A stretch of DNA of 64,000 nt from Eledone cirrhosa (Eukaryota). The notes below the pieces were generated by a model, which was given only the letters and a program-made list of their open reading frames with translations, made no database searches and was not told the origin of the DNA. Location: contig OZ024763.1 in the NCBI GenBank assembly GCA_964016885.1, forward strand, positions 14,880,001 to 14,944,000, in the 5' to 3' direction. Shown here in pieces: positions 40,848 through 55,244 of the stretch (positions are counted from its first letter, which is position 1; each line of letters starts with the position of its first letter). Position numbers and translations under genes: made by a program.

Positions 40848-42446
40848 TTAACCCTTTAGTATTTAAACTCTCTGTATCCAGCCAGAATTCTCTCACCTCT
40901 TTCGGTTCAAACCGGCGGTAACCAGCTACTCATACAGATGTTAAGGTATTGTTCTCAAAATAAATAATATCAAAATCTCACAGATTCGATATTATGTGAG
41001 ATAATTATGTGAGGTAAAGCCTTTACCATGAAAATATAATAGTATATATAGAGTAATGTGAATGTTATGTGAGATATTATGTGAAGTAAAACCTTTACCA
41101 TGAAAATACAATAGTATATATAGAGTAATGTGAATGTTATGTGAGATATTATGTGAGGTAAAGCCTTTACCATGAAAATATAATAGTATATATAGAGTAA
41201 TGTAAATGTTATGTGAGATATTATGTGAGGTAAAGCCTTTACCATGAAAATATAATAGTATATATAGAGTAATGTGAATGCTATGTGAGATATTATGTGA
41301 GGTAAAGCCTTTACCATGAAAATATAATAGTATATATAGAGTAATGTGAATGCTATGTGAGATATTATGTGAGGTAAAGCCTTTACCATGAAAATATAAT
41401 AGTATATATAGAGTAATGTGAATGCTATGTGAGATATTATGTGAGGTAAAGCCTTTACCATGAAAATACAATAGTATATATAGAGTAATGTAAATGTTAT
41501 GTGAGATATTATGTGAGGTAAAGCCTTTACCATGAAAATATAATAGTATATATAGAGTAATGTAAATGTTATGTGAGATATTATGTGAGGTAAAGCCTTT
41601 ACCATGAAAATATAATAGTATATATATAGAGTAATGTGAATGCTATGTGAGATATTATGTGAGGTAAAGCCTTTACCATGAAAATATAATAGTATATATA
41701 GAGTAATGTAAATGTTATGTGAGATATTATGTGAGGTAAAGCCTTTACCATGAAAATATAATAGTATATATAGAGTAATGTGAATGCTATGTGAGATATT
41801 ATGTGAGGTAAAGCCTTTACCATGAAAATACAATAGTATATATAGAGTAATGTGAATGTTATGTGAGATATTATGTGAGGTAAAGCCTTTACCATGAAAA
41901 TATAATAGTATATATAGAGTAATGTAAATGTTATGTGAGATATTATGTGAGGTAAAGCCTTTACCATGAAAATATAATAGTATATATAGAGTAATGTGAA
42001 TGCTATGTGAGATATTATGTGAGGTAAAGCCTTTACCATGAAAATACAATAGTATATATAGAGTAATGTGAATGTTATGTGAGATATTATGTGAGGTAAA
42101 GCCTTTACCATGAAAATACAATAGTATATATAGAGTAATGTGAATGTTATGTGAGATATTATGTGAGGTAAAACCTTTACTGTGACAATACAATAGTATA
42201 TATAGAGTAATGTGAATGTAATGTGAGATATTATGTGAGGTAAAGCCTTTACCATGAAAATACAATAGTATATATAGAGTAATGTAAATGTTATGTGAGA
42301 TATTATGTGAGGTAAAGCCTTTACCATGAAAATATAATAGTATATATAGAGTAATGTGAATGTTATGTGAGATATTATGTGAGGTAAAACCTTTACTGTG
42401 ACAATACAATAGTATATATAGAGTACTGTGAATGGTAAAAAGTTAA
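40848..42446 (+). mobile_element. piggyBac-like MITE carrying a 72-bp x ~20 internal tandem array (~40990-42430)
   Basis: TTAACCCTTTAG start, degenerate ..AAAAGTTAA end; 24-aa periodic ORFs; unit tatgtgagatattatgtgaggtaaagcctttaccatgaaaatataatagtatatatagagtaatgtgaatgt. Confidence 0.8.
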
Positions 42447-42516
42447 TTTTTAAATGAATGAATAAATAAATTGTCTTACCAGCAAATGATGATGATGATG
42501 ATGATGCCAGTTGTTG

Positions 42517-42548
<32 letters not shown>

Positions 42549-43112
42549 GTGTATAAACAGAAGCAAAGCAGGTTTGATTTGAACCCCAACTACCAGAGCC
42601 AGCAGTAGAGCTAGTAGTTGGGAGAGGGTAGAGAGAAGGGAGAGCAGTGAGAGAGAGAGGGGGAGAGTGTGTGATACAGACCAGCGAGAGAGAAGAGGGG
42701 GAGGGAGAGGAGGAGAGCAGTGAGTGAGAGAGAGAAAGTGAGAGGAAGAGTTGTAAGTTTACTACATATACAGCTGCTTTCTTTATCTCAGCATCCCTAC
42801 ACACACACACACACACACTAATACACACCGGCTTACCCAACACACACACACAGAAACACTGACACACAGAGAAACACACACCCCGGCTTACCCAACACAC
42901 ACACACAGTGTTTATCTAATACATACACTGACACACAGAAACACACTAACTGTTTATCTAACACACACACACACACACACACTGATCGACACCCGACACA
43001 CAACACACACGGTGCGATCTGAGGGAGATCTGGCTGCTATTTCTAGTAGCAGCAGATATAGTGTGCCGGAGGATGTTGGTAATGAAATCCTTAAGATTTA
43101 AACCCCGGCAGC

Positions 43113-43162
<50 letters not shown>

Positions 43163-43609
43163 GAAGGGGTCAGATGTCCAGTAGAGTTTGTGTCATATAT
43201 GAAAACATTTAACTGTCCAGTGTGACACAACAAGCCCCTCTAACTTTCTCATCTATGTGTTTCTAGCCACTTCTATTGGACTGTGTTGGTATGTCCCTGT
43301 ATTACTATGTCCAGTGTAGACTTTGGGCAATTGTCTAGGGGGGTTACTTCACTGGACAGAATATCCTGGTGTCCATATACTCAGTGTATATTCCAAGCAA
43401 CAGTGTGTATATATATATAGTAATAATAATAAATTTGAATACTAAAATCCAAAGAGGGCTCGGTTAAGGGTGAAAGCAGCGATTCTTTGCTTAAACTTTA
43501 ATCTGTTATTTTAATAAATATATATATATATATATATATACACAATGATATTAAATAAATGGAAACTATATTTATATATATATATATATATATATGTTCG
43601 TAAATCCAA

Positions 43610-44530
43610 TGTATTCTCCAGGCAATATCTAGGGATATTTCACGAGACAGTCTGTGTATATATGTGTGCGTGTGTCTCCATGTATAGAGTACATACTATG
43701 GTAATAATCTAGGGATATTTCACGAGACAGTCTGTGTATATATATGTGTGTGTGTTTCCATGTATAAAGTACATACTATGGTAATAATCTAGGGATATTT
43801 CACTAGACAGTGTGTGCATATATATGTGCGTGTGTCTCCCTATATACAGTACATACTATGGTAATAATCTAGGGATATTTCACGAGACAGTCTGTGCATA
43901 TATATGTGTGTCTCCATGTATACAGTACATACTATGGGTAATAATCTAAGGATATTCCATGTATACAGTACATACTATGGGTAATAATCTAAGGATATTC
44001 CATGTATACAGTACATACTATGGGTAATAATCTAAGGATATTCCATGTATACAGTGTGTGCATATATATGTGCGTGTGTCTCCTTATATATACAGTGGAT
44101 ACTATGGATAACAACTTAGGGATATTTCACCAGATGGTGTGTGTGTGTGTGTGTATATGTGCGTTTGTATATCCAGTGAATACTCTGGGAAATAATTTAA
44201 GGATATTTCACTAGATAGCATGTGTATATATATATATATATATATGTATGGGTGTCCGAATATACAGAGCATACTCTGGATAATTGTCTAGGGATATTTC
44301 ACCAGATGTGTGTATGTATATATGTATCTGTTCAAAAATCCAGTGGATATTCCTGGGCAATAACTTAGGGATATTTCACTGGACGGTGCATATCCATGTG
44401 TCCATATATCCAGTGTATACTCCAAGTGACAGTGTGTGTATATCTCTATATCCGTGTGTCCATATGCTCAGTGCATAGTCCGAGGATAATCCATTGGATT
44501 GTGTATGCCTGTATATCCGGTACAATCCAG
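43610..44530. repeat. Diverged ~40-70 bp tandem repeat
   Basis: Recurrent ctatggtaataatctagggatatttcac. Confidence 0.75.
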
Positions 44531-44549
44531 GGACACTCTACAGGCCAGC

Positions 44550-44585
<36 letters not shown>

Positions 44586-44855
44586 GTGTGTATATATATA
44601 TATATCTATATATATCCGTGTGTCTGTATAATTTTACTGGGGTGTTCACTCCAGGGTTACTCAACGGCACTGCACCTCTGGAGAGTATCCGGGTGGGGGT
44701 GTGTGTGTGGTTTAATTTGGATATACTGAGAGACTGATATATATATATATAGTATAGTATATATATAGTATATATATAGTATATATATAGTATATATATA
44801 GTATATATATATATAGTATATACTTCAAGCAAATAATTTAAGGATATCTCACTAG

Positions 44856-44908
<53 letters not shown>

Positions 44909-44973
44909 TTATAAGGGGCACAGAGAGTGCTAAAAAGTACGTTATTCCGGGTTGAATCGGAGGTAACCACAGT

Positions 44974-45022
44974 GATTCCTGATGATTTCTAAAGAATGAA
45001 ACAGTTCTAGTCCTGTAGAATC
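44974..45022 (+). ncRNA. Type I hammerhead ribozyme motif
   Basis: GATTC-CTGATGA-tTTC taaa GAAt-GAA-ACAG ttctagtc CTGT-A-GAATC; GUA site; ATTAAA downstream. Confidence 0.75.
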
Positions 45023-45035
45023 TCATCTATATTAA

Positions 45036-45075
<40 letters not shown>

Positions 45076-45117
45076 TATACTTCAAGCAAATAATTTAAGG
45101 ATATCTCACTAGATATA

Positions 45118-45178
<61 letters not shown>

Positions 45179-45349
45179 CACTAGGTGTGTGTGTCCGAAT
45201 ATACAGTGTATATATAGAGAGAGATAGATAGGGAGAGAGAGAGAGAGAGAGAGGGAGAAAGGGGAGAAAGAGAGGGGCTGGCAGTGAGTTATTCTAGGGC
45301 TGTGTGTTTGTAATGAGGCGGTTGTGGAGGAATGAAACAGGGGAACAGT

Positions 45350-45669
45350 GGCTACCACCACCACTACTACTACCACTACCACTGCTGCTGCTGCTGTCTA
45401 CTACTGCCCTAAACACCCTCAATAGATACTGCCACCACCACTACTACTACTACTGCTGCTGCTGCTGCCGCCACTACTACTACTACCACTGCTGCTAAAG
45501 CTTACCCCAAACATTTTTACAACTACTACTACAGTAGTTGTTGCCTCAGCTGCCCTATGACACCACTACACATACTTACACTACTACTACCGCCACCACT
45601 ACTACTGCTGCCGCTACTACTACTACCGCCACCACTACTACTACTACCACCACCACCACCACCACCACC

Positions 45670-45701
<32 letters not shown>

Positions 45702-45790
45702 CGCCACCACCACCACTACCACCACCACCACTACTACTACTACTACCGCCACCACCACTACTACTACTACCACCACTACTACTACTACCG

Positions 45791-45821
<31 letters not shown>

Positions 45822-46093
45822 CGCCACCACTACTACTACCGCCACTACTACTAGTATTACTACGGCTACTTCTACTATTACTACTGTTGTCTAGCTGCCC
45901 TAAACATTTCCAATACTACCGCCGCCACCACTACTACTACTACCGTCACTACTACTACTACTGCCACTACTACTACTACCGCCACCACTACTACTACTAC
46001 TACCGCCACCACTACTACTACTACCGTCACTACTACTACTACTGCCACTACTACTACTATCACCACCACTACTACTACCGCCACCACTACTAT

Positions 46094-46128
<35 letters not shown>

Positions 46129-46903
46129 TTACTACGACCACTACCACTACTACCACTACTACTACTACTACTATTACTACGACCACTACCACTACTACTA
46201 CTGTTGTCTAGCTGCCCTAAACATTTCCAATACTACTACCGCCACAACTACTACTACTACCACCACCACAACTACTACTACTACCACCGCCACAACTACC
46301 ACTACTACCGCCATCACTACTACTACCGCCACTACCACAACCACTACCGCCACTACTACTACTACCGCCACCACTACTATTACTACGACCACTACCACTA
46401 CTACTACTGTTGTCTAGCTGCCCTAAACATTTCCAATACTACTACCGCCACAACTACTACTACTACCACCGCCGCCACAACTACTACTACTACCACCGCC
46501 GCCACTACTACTACTACTACCGCCACTACTATTATTACTACTGCTGCTACTACCACCACTACTACTACCCCCCCCCCCCACACACACACACTCTATTGAT
46601 TCTACTGCTGTTAGTGTTGTACCCTAAACATTCACTCTGCAACTGCTAATACTACCACTACAACCACTACCAGCACCACCACCACCACCTTTGATACTAC
46701 TACTACTACTACTACTACTGCAACAACCCTAAATACTCTCTCTACAACTGCTACTACCACCACCACAACCACCATTCATACCACTACTACTACTACAACA
46801 ACAACCCTAAGCATCCTCTCTCTCTCTACAACTGCTACTATCACCACTACTACTACCACCACTACTATGTACTAGTATTGTAGCCCTAAACATTCTACTA
46901 CTG

Positions 46904-46934
<31 letters not shown>

Positions 46935-47042
46935 AGCCCTAAACATTCTACTACTACCACCACCACCACTACTACTAACACTGCTACTACTACCACCATT
47001 ACTACAGCCCTAAACATTCTACTACTACCACTACTAACACTG

Positions 47043-47076
<34 letters not shown>

Positions 47077-47320
47077 AGCCCTAAACATTCTACTACTACC
47101 ACCACCACCACTACTAACACTGCTACTACTACCACCACCTCCACCACCACTACTACTAACACTGCTACATCCCTAAACATTCTACTAACACTGCTACTAC
47201 TACCACCACTACTACTACAGCCCTAAACATTCTACTACTACCACTACTAACACTGCTACTACTACTACCACCACTACCACCACCACCACCACTACTACTG
47301 CTACTACTACTACCACCACC
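45350..47320. repeat. (CTA/CCA)n compound repeat with an interspersed gccctaaacatt motif
   Basis: Direct reading. Confidence 0.88.
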
Positions 47321-47899
47321 ATTGGGATAGTTGCACTTTACTATCTTACTACTACAGCTGGCCTTTATTCATTCACAGTCACCACACACAGACACACTAC
47401 ACACACAACACATACACACACTACACACACAACACACACAAATATACACACATACACATGCGGACGCACACACAGTTCTTTGTACTACACAGAAGAGGAC
47501 ATGTTTACTGATGATTAAAGATCTATCTATATATCTATTTATCTATCAATCTTCTATCTATTTATCTATCAATCTTCTATCTATTGATCTATCAATCTTC
47601 TATCTATTTATCTATCAATCTTCTATCTATTGATCTATCAATCTTCTATCTATTTATCTATCAATCTTCTATCTATTTATCTATCAATGTTCTATCTATT
47701 TATCCATCTATCTATCTATCAAATGATCTATCTGTCTATCTATCTATGAGTCTGCCATTGTATTTATCTAGCTAAAGATATCTATCTATCTGTTTACCTG
47801 TCTGTTTATCTATCTATCTATCTGTCTCACTGTCTGTCAACCAATCTATTGATCTAGCTATTGATCTATCTGTGTATCTGTCTATCTATCTGTCTGTCT

Positions 47900-48420
47900 G
47901 TGAATCATGATCAAACCGCCACCCTCCTTCAAAAACGAAGGAGAGGCGGTTTTCCTTTGTGTGATAGCTATGGCGAAAGAGGTTGTATGGTGGACGAGGT
48001 TAAAAGGGCTGAGGTCAGACACCTTTCTCTCTGGCCAACAACTGATTCTTTTTTTCAAGTACCACTTTGGAAGAAGAATCAGGATGGAGAGAGAGGTGCT
48101 GTACCCCAGCAAGTTTTATGAAAGAGGGGTGAAAGTGGCGAGAATGGCCCGAGTGAATGGGCCTTCTCTCTATATCAGCCTGTAGGTTGAGGAAAAAAAG
48201 GAGAGGAAAGGAGTACAAACTCTTCGTACTCCTGGAGATGAGGGTTGCACATTTTCTCGGGGGTATGTGTTACCCATATGAACTGTCTCCCCCTATTGGG
48301 GAAAATCGACTAATTTTTTAAATTGCATTTGTGATAACATTTTACACTTTTTTATTGTATGTAAACTTCCCCCTTTGTATTTGTCCCCTTCTTTTGTAAC
48401 CCTGTGGCTAATAAAGAAAC
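47900..48420 (+). mobile_element. Probable L1/Tx1-type LINE 3' end inserted in (TCTA)n
   Basis: Stop-terminated ORF end (...FKYHFGRRIRMERE..F.ER..KVARM), 3' UTR with AATAAA; flanking caaccaatctattgatctagctattgatctat duplicated at 47838 and 48441. Confidence 0.55.
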
Positions 48421-48551
48421 ATATCTATTTATCTATCTATCAACCAATCTATTGATCTAGCTATTGATCTATGTATGAGTCTGTGTATCTGTCTATTTAT
48501 CTGTTCACCTGTCTGTCTGTCTATCAAGCTTTCTATCTATCTATCTCTCTA

Positions 48552-48592
<41 letters not shown>

Positions 48593-48693
48593 ATCTATCA
48601 TGTCAATATGAATGGACCTGTTATTTTTATCTAAAGACATTTTTTTCCAATTCCATCCCTCCCGTCCCTTCAATCTATTTTATTTCTCATTCT

Positions 48694-48730
48694 TTCTTCT
48701 GATGAAGGACTAGCGTCCGAAACTTTAAGA
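48694..48730 (+). ncRNA. Minimal hammerhead-like motif
   Basis: tctt-CTGATGA-a-GGAC tagc GTCC-GAAAC..TTAAGA; stem III degenerate. Confidence 0.5.
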
Positions 48731-48814
48731 CCCTCTTCCTGCTATATCAAGCGTTAACCTAATATATACCTGCCATATACTGTACCGATTGTGTTGTTAT
48801 TTCTGTTTACCTTT

Positions 48815-48883
<69 letters not shown>

Positions 48884-48960
48884 GACTATCCAGGAAGCTC
48901 CAACCGTTAAGGTTGTCTTTTTTCCGGGTATGTCAATATTTATTTATAAAACAAATCTGT

Positions 48961-49024
48961 ATTTTATCTGATGAATGCGCACCATAATTTGCCTTGGTTG
49001 CCCGTGAAATATGTATAATAAAAT
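48961..49024 (+). ncRNA. Type I hammerhead ribozyme motif
   Basis: ATTTTAT-CTGATGA-imperfect stem II-GAA-ATA tg TAT-A-ATAAAAT; perfect 7-bp stem I. Confidence 0.65.
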
Positions 49025-49203
49025 AAATATGGTTTTATTAATATAGTTTCCATTTATTAATATATTGTATATATATATATATATTTAGCACTCCTTATTA
49101 ACTATATATATATATATATATATGTGTTCGGATCTAGCTGTCGAAACAGCAGGAGCTCAGCCGTCGGGGTCTTGAATCTTTTCCTATCTCTATATGTATA
49201 AGT

Positions 49204-49485
49204 GGAGGCACGTGGCCTAGTGGTAAGGGTGTTAGACTTACAATCATAATGTTGTGGGTTAGATTCCTGCGATGTGTGTTGTGTTCTTGAGCAAAACACT
49301 TTATTTCATGTTGCTCCACTATACTCAGCTGGAAATGAGTGACAGTAATAGCTGGAGGTTTAACCCTGCGATGGACTGGCGTCCTGTCCAGGGGGTGTCT
49401 TGTATTCTCAGTCGCTTCACACCATGAAACCAGGATAAGCACTGGCCAAATGAGCCTTCTGGCTTAAGACAGACTTTAGACTTTA
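49204..49485 (+). mobile_element. tRNA-derived SINE with family-B-like head and a different 3' half
   Basis: TGGCCTAGTGG A box, ttcttgagcaaaacacttta, then ccctgcgatggactggcgtcctgtccaggg and a gacttta tail. Confidence 0.7.
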
Positions 49486-49496
49486 TATATATATAG

Positions 49497-50062
49497 TATG
49501 TAGGGCCATAGTATCTAGAATAAGGACAGGTTGGTTTAGGGAGCTGCTTCCTCTGCTGACGAAGAAGGGTTTCTCCCTGCGTACGAAAGGCCGGTTATAT
49601 GATGCCTGTGTGAGGAGCGCGATGCTGCATGGTAGTGAGACTTGGGGAGCAACTGCAGAGGATATGCGACGGCTAGAGAGAAATGAGGCAAACATGCTCC
49701 GTTGGATGTGCAATGTCAATGTGCGTGAACGACCCAGCATGGATGCATTGAGAGAGAAACTGTGTCTGAGAGGGATAGAATGTAGTGTGCGGGAGAGGAG
49801 ACTGAGGTGGTATGGACATGTGATGCGCATGGAGGATGACCGATGGGTGAAGAAGTGCCAAGAAATCCCAGTTGAAGGAAGACGTGGTAGAGGTAGACCA
49901 CGAAAAACATGGGCGGAGGTGGTGAGAGCAGACCTCAGATCGCTGAAGCTCACGGTGGAGATGACGAGGGACCGTGACGAGTGGAGAGATGCTGTGCTGA
50001 ATAAGACACGTCCCACCCTTGCAAGCAGGGAAGAGCGGACGTAAAATGATGATGATGATGAT
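49497..50062 (+). mobile_element. RTE-clade LINE 3' end
   Basis: SAMLHGSETW, MLRWMCN, RRLRWYGHV.R, GRPRKTW; (GAT)n tail. Confidence 0.9.
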
Positions 50063-50864
50063 ATATACACACATGCATTTCCTTTTGTTTCCTTGTTTAA
50101 TGTGATATAGGGATCCACACACACACACATACATACATACAGGCATACTCACAGATACACATACATATCCACATACCGACATACAGATACCCTCACACAC
50201 ACACATACATAGACATACACAGAGATATACTCATAACCACATACAGACATACATATACACAAATCCACACATACATACATATACACATAGACATACATAT
50301 ACACATACATACATACACACACAGACACACATATACACATAGAGAGAGGATATCCCTACATCATATGGATACAGCCAGTTGTCATAGTAGCAGGAAGAAC
50401 TGGGATCCTTCAATATTCCACACATACAGACAGACAGACTGACACACACACACATACTGACACACATACACACTGACACTAACACACACAGACACTGACA
50501 CTGACACACACACAGACTAACACTGACACGAACACAGACACACACACACACACTGACACAGACACACACACTGACACACACACAGACACACACACACACA
50601 CTGACACAGACACTAACACACACAGACACACACACACACACACTGACACAGACACTAACACACACAGACACACACACACACACTGACACAGACACACACA
50701 CTGACACTGACACACACACTGACACTGACACTAACACACACACACACACTGACACTAACACACACACACTGACACTAACACACACACACTGACACTAACA
50801 CACACACACACACACACGGACTGACAGACATACACACTGACACAGACATGGACATGCGTGCGCG

Positions 50865-50916
<52 letters not shown>

Positions 50917-51814
50917 GCTGCAAGGGCCTCCCCCTCCCCTTCAGTCCCCTAACTCCTCCTCCTCCTCATACTGACCAGTTGATGTTAAAATATCCAACAT
51001 TACTACCTCCTCCTCCCTCTTCCCTCCCTCATTGACATCATGTGGGCGGAGGAGGGGGCTTGACAGTGACGGTGGCGATGGGATGGCGGTGGTGAAGGTG
51101 CTGGGGAGGGGCATTCATTGGAGTGGGAAAGAGGGGGGAGGATTATGATGGTGGTGGTGAAGATAGTGAGGGGGGCATTCATTGGTAGTGGTGGTGGTGG
51201 TGAGGAGGGCGTACATTGGTGGTGGTGGTGGTGGTGGTGGGGGTGGTGGTGAGGAGGGCATACATTGGTGGTGGTGGTGGTGAGGAGGGCATACATTGAT
51301 GGTGGTGGTGGTGGTGGTGAGGAGGGCATACATTGATAGTGGTGGTGGTGAGGGGGGCATACATTGATAGTGGTGGTGGTGGTGGTGGTGGTGAGGAGGG
51401 CATACATTGATGGTGGTGGTGGTGGTGAGGAGGGCATACATTGATAGTGGTGGTGGTGGTGGTAATGGTGATGGTGGTGATGGGGGTGGTGAAGGCTGCT
51501 CAGTTGTATTGACTCAAAATCCCAATATTGGGAAAATTTCTTGGGTTTTGGCATCTACACCCCTAACTATTACCCTCACCACCACCACCACTACATCACT
51601 TTACCTCAACTACTACTATCCCTACCACCACCACTACTACTACCTCCACCGCCTCCACTTCACTCACACCACCACCACCACTCCACCTCACCACCACTCC
51701 ACCCAACACATCACATTTTTCTAAACTATAAAAGAACTTCAGAACCTGATAATGACAGACCTTTTATCAATGTGCTAAGAGGCTGATAACACCCACCACA
51801 CACACACACACTCC

Positions 51815-51909
<95 letters not shown>

Positions 51910-52050
51910 TACACGGGTGTGTATGATTGTGTATAGAAGATTATATTAAATAAAAGGAATTCCAACTTTGTCTGATTTACTCGTTTTATTTACAATCCTT
52001 TAAAATTATAATGAAATAGTATGGTAGAATATTAAGTGTTAAGTGTTAAT

Positions 52051-52089
52051 TGAACAAGTACTTTCATGCTTTCGCAATCTTCAGGTTCA
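52051..52089 (-). ncRNA. Minimal type I hammerhead motif with palindromic stem III
   Basis: Minus strand TGAAC-CTGAAGA-tTGC gaaa GCAt-GAA-AGTACT-T-GTTCA. Confidence 0.68.
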
Positions 52090-52284
52090 TAATCTGTGGT
52101 GACAGTCAAGTTTGCAATTTTCAAATGTGAAGATTGCGAAAGCATGAAAGTACTTGTTCAATTAACACTTAACATTTAATATTCTACCATACTATTTCAT
52201 AATAATACCATTATAAATTTTAACGGATTGTAAATAAAACGAGTAAATCAGACAAAGTTGGAATTCCTTTTATTAATATATATA

Positions 52285-52545
52285 TCATCATCATCATCAT
52301 CTTCGTTTAACGTCCATTTTCCACGTTAGCATGGGTTAGACGGGAGTTGTCCCACTTGAGGCAACGCTGGTCGGGTGACCGTGTCTCGCTCGCATAGGAC
52401 TATCTGGCAGGTTTTCTACGGCTGGATGCCCTTCCTAACACTAACCACATTTACAGTGTGGAACCGGGAACTTTTTACCGTGTTACCTACATGGCCACAT
52501 TACAGCGTGGACTGTGTGTGTTTTTTGTCGTGACTCCTACACGAT
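52285..52545 (-). mobile_element. SINE family B variant, 3' part
   Basis: Similar to the reverse complement of 17980-18225. Confidence 0.75.
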
Positions 52546-52738
52546 CTCGATCTCATTTTCTCGTGCTGTTGGTGGGAGTGGGAGGATAGGGTAGGGGTAG
52601 TGGATTGGGGTGTATATTTGGTTAAGAGGTGCCTACTGACTGTAGGTTTCGCTTTGTACATAGGCAAGGCGGGTCTTCTGTATTACTGTGTAGCGCCAAA
52701 GATCTCACACACACAGTTACACAAATGCCCACACACAG

Positions 52739-52802
<64 letters not shown>

Positions 52803-52872
52803 ATGAAGTGTTCATTCTACTGACATGGCTATAAAATTGATGCTTGTTTGCAAAATTGCAAACAAATCAAAT

Positions 52873-53062
52873 GCGGTGGATTGGCAGAATCGGTAGAGGG
52901 TCGGACGCCAGCTTTGCAGCAAAGAGTTACGTCCCTTTATGGTCCGAGTTCAAATCCCGCCGAGGTTAACTTTGCCTTTCATCCTTACGGGGTCGATAAA
53001 ATAAAGTACCAGTAATGCACTGGGATAATTGCTGGCCTTGTGCCAAATGTAGAAACAATTAA
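52873..53062 (+). mobile_element. SINE family A inserted into another dispersed element
   Basis: Interrupts the element seen at 11180-11255 and 28560-28655. Confidence 0.8.
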
Positions 53063-53080
53063 TATTAAAAAAACTCAGAT

Positions 53081-53127
<47 letters not shown>

Positions 53128-53904
53128 GTATATATATGTATGTATATATGGCACACTGTTAGGGCCCAATGGATGAGCTCTTGCTGTTTTGACAGCAAAT
53201 TCCAGACAGATGGTATTGGCCATGGTAGTATTGGTGTAGTGGTGGTGATAGTGGCGTCCATCACATACATACACCCTCCCCGCCATCATGAACACCGTCA
53301 CCACCAACACCACCACCACCACCACCAACACCACCACCACCACCACCACCACCACCACAACTACTACCAGCACTACTAGATCACTTGACCCCCTACCACC
53401 ACCACCCCTACTCTGTTACCACCACCTCATTCCCCACCCATCACCCCATTCTCAATATTTGAAATAATAATTCTTCAATAATTAATGCAAATAACTTCTT
53501 TCAAACATTTTAATTATTCAGTTAATAACTTGAGTGGGGGGGGGGGGCTTCTTTCAATAAAAAACAAAACAAAAACCAAAAGGTAAATTTCTAAACCCCC
53601 CCCCCCCCTCCCCTCTCACCATCCCCCACTGCTTCCCACTCCAATAAGTTATATTCCTACACCAGACCACTCCCATACGCCCAAGTGCCTGAAGTGAAGC
53701 TCCTCTGGATGGTCTCTGGGTTAACATTACTCCAATAGGGTAGCTTGTAGCTCCTTAAAGATCAGAGAGTCCCTCCAAGTAGAGCTGCTACTTTTTAAAA
53801 TCAATACTACAGAATTGTGTTTAGAATTTCTAGGGAAAGAATCATTGGACAGATTTGATGGGTTAAGCTAACTGATAGAAGACCCAGGCAAGATGGTTGG
53901 ATAA

Positions 53905-54107
53905 ATCCTTTAAAACCTCCATGCTTCCCTGAGATTCGCCAACACTACACCTAATATTCCCCCTCCATACACACGCACACATGTATATCATGACTCATAC
54001 ACTATTCACTTCCCTGACATTTGTATATTATTCTATGTACTATACATGCACCTTTGACGAGTTGTAGTGCACCTGAGCACTGTACACAATAATTTCATTA
54101 TTATTAT
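53905..54107 (+). mobile_element. CR1 3' fragment
   Basis: Matches 39895-40095. Confidence 0.8.
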
Positions 54108-54832
54108 AAAAGACAGGATTGTCACAGCTGGAAGATCTTTGATCATAGATGTGTCAGATGAGGAATTAACCTAAGATTAAATACCAAAGAAGGACACATA
54201 AGATAATGTAGTCCTAGATACACTATGTCTGAATAAAAGATAGGATGGTCACAGCAGGAATCTTTGATCAGAGATGTGTCAGATGAGGATTAACCTGGGG
54301 CTAAATGAAAACAAAGAAAGACACAGAAGATAATGTAGTCCTAGATACACTATGTCTGAATAAAAGACAGGGTGGTCTCAGCAGGAATCTTTGATCAGAG
54401 ATGTGTCAGATGAGGATTAACCTGGGGCTAAATGAAAACAAAGAAAGACACAGAAGATAATGTAGTCCTAGATACTCTATGTCTGAATAAAAGACATGAT
54501 AGTCACAGCTGGAACATCTTTGATCATAGATCTGTCAGATCAGGATTAACCTGGGGCTAAACAACAACAAGGAAGGACAGATTCGATAATGTAAACCTAG
54601 ATACACTATGTCTGAATAAAAGACATTATGGTCACAGTTGGAACATCTTTGATCATAGATCTAATGGATCAGGGCGGACCTGGGGTTAAACAACAATAAC
54701 AACAAGGAAGGACACATTAGATAATGTAGTCCTAGATACACAATGCCAAAATAAATGACAGGATGGTCACAACTGGAACATCTGTGGTAAAAGGTCTACA
54801 GGAAAAGGACAGACCTAGGGTTAAACAACAAC
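54108..54832. repeat. ~127-bp tandem array (~6 units) of a dispersed element
   Basis: aaagacaggatggtcacagctggaacatctttgatcatag...gataatgtagtcctagatacactatgtctgaat; single copy at ~17540-17660. Confidence 0.8.
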
Positions 54833-55244
54833 AATAATGACCAGGAAGGAATCAGAGGTTACTTCCCTTTCCCCTTCCAACTAAAATAGATAAAAAAATA
54901 ATTTACAGCAACAGAGCTGAGATACACAGCCTAATCAGGGGAGTTCAGTTTCGCCCTCTATACCCCGGGCCTCCTTTTTCATTATTTAATTTTTTTCCAT
55001 CCGCACTTTCTGTCTTCCTGTTAATTATTTTGATCCTGAGGAAGGAGTCCCAAGGTAGAGTGGTTGGTGCAGTGTGAGTTGCTGGCTGTTTTCTGCAGGG
55101 CACAGCTGAGATATAACTGCAACCACTGGAGTGGGTAGTCTGCCGCTCCCTACCACCTTTCTCTTACTTTCATTATTTAATTATTTTCTCTTTATTTTTC
55201 CTTTTACTGCAAACATGTATTCTATCTTCCAACACTTACTTAAC

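Noticed and set aside
40970-42409. 479-aa repeat protein
   Set aside because: Translation of the 72-bp MITE array.
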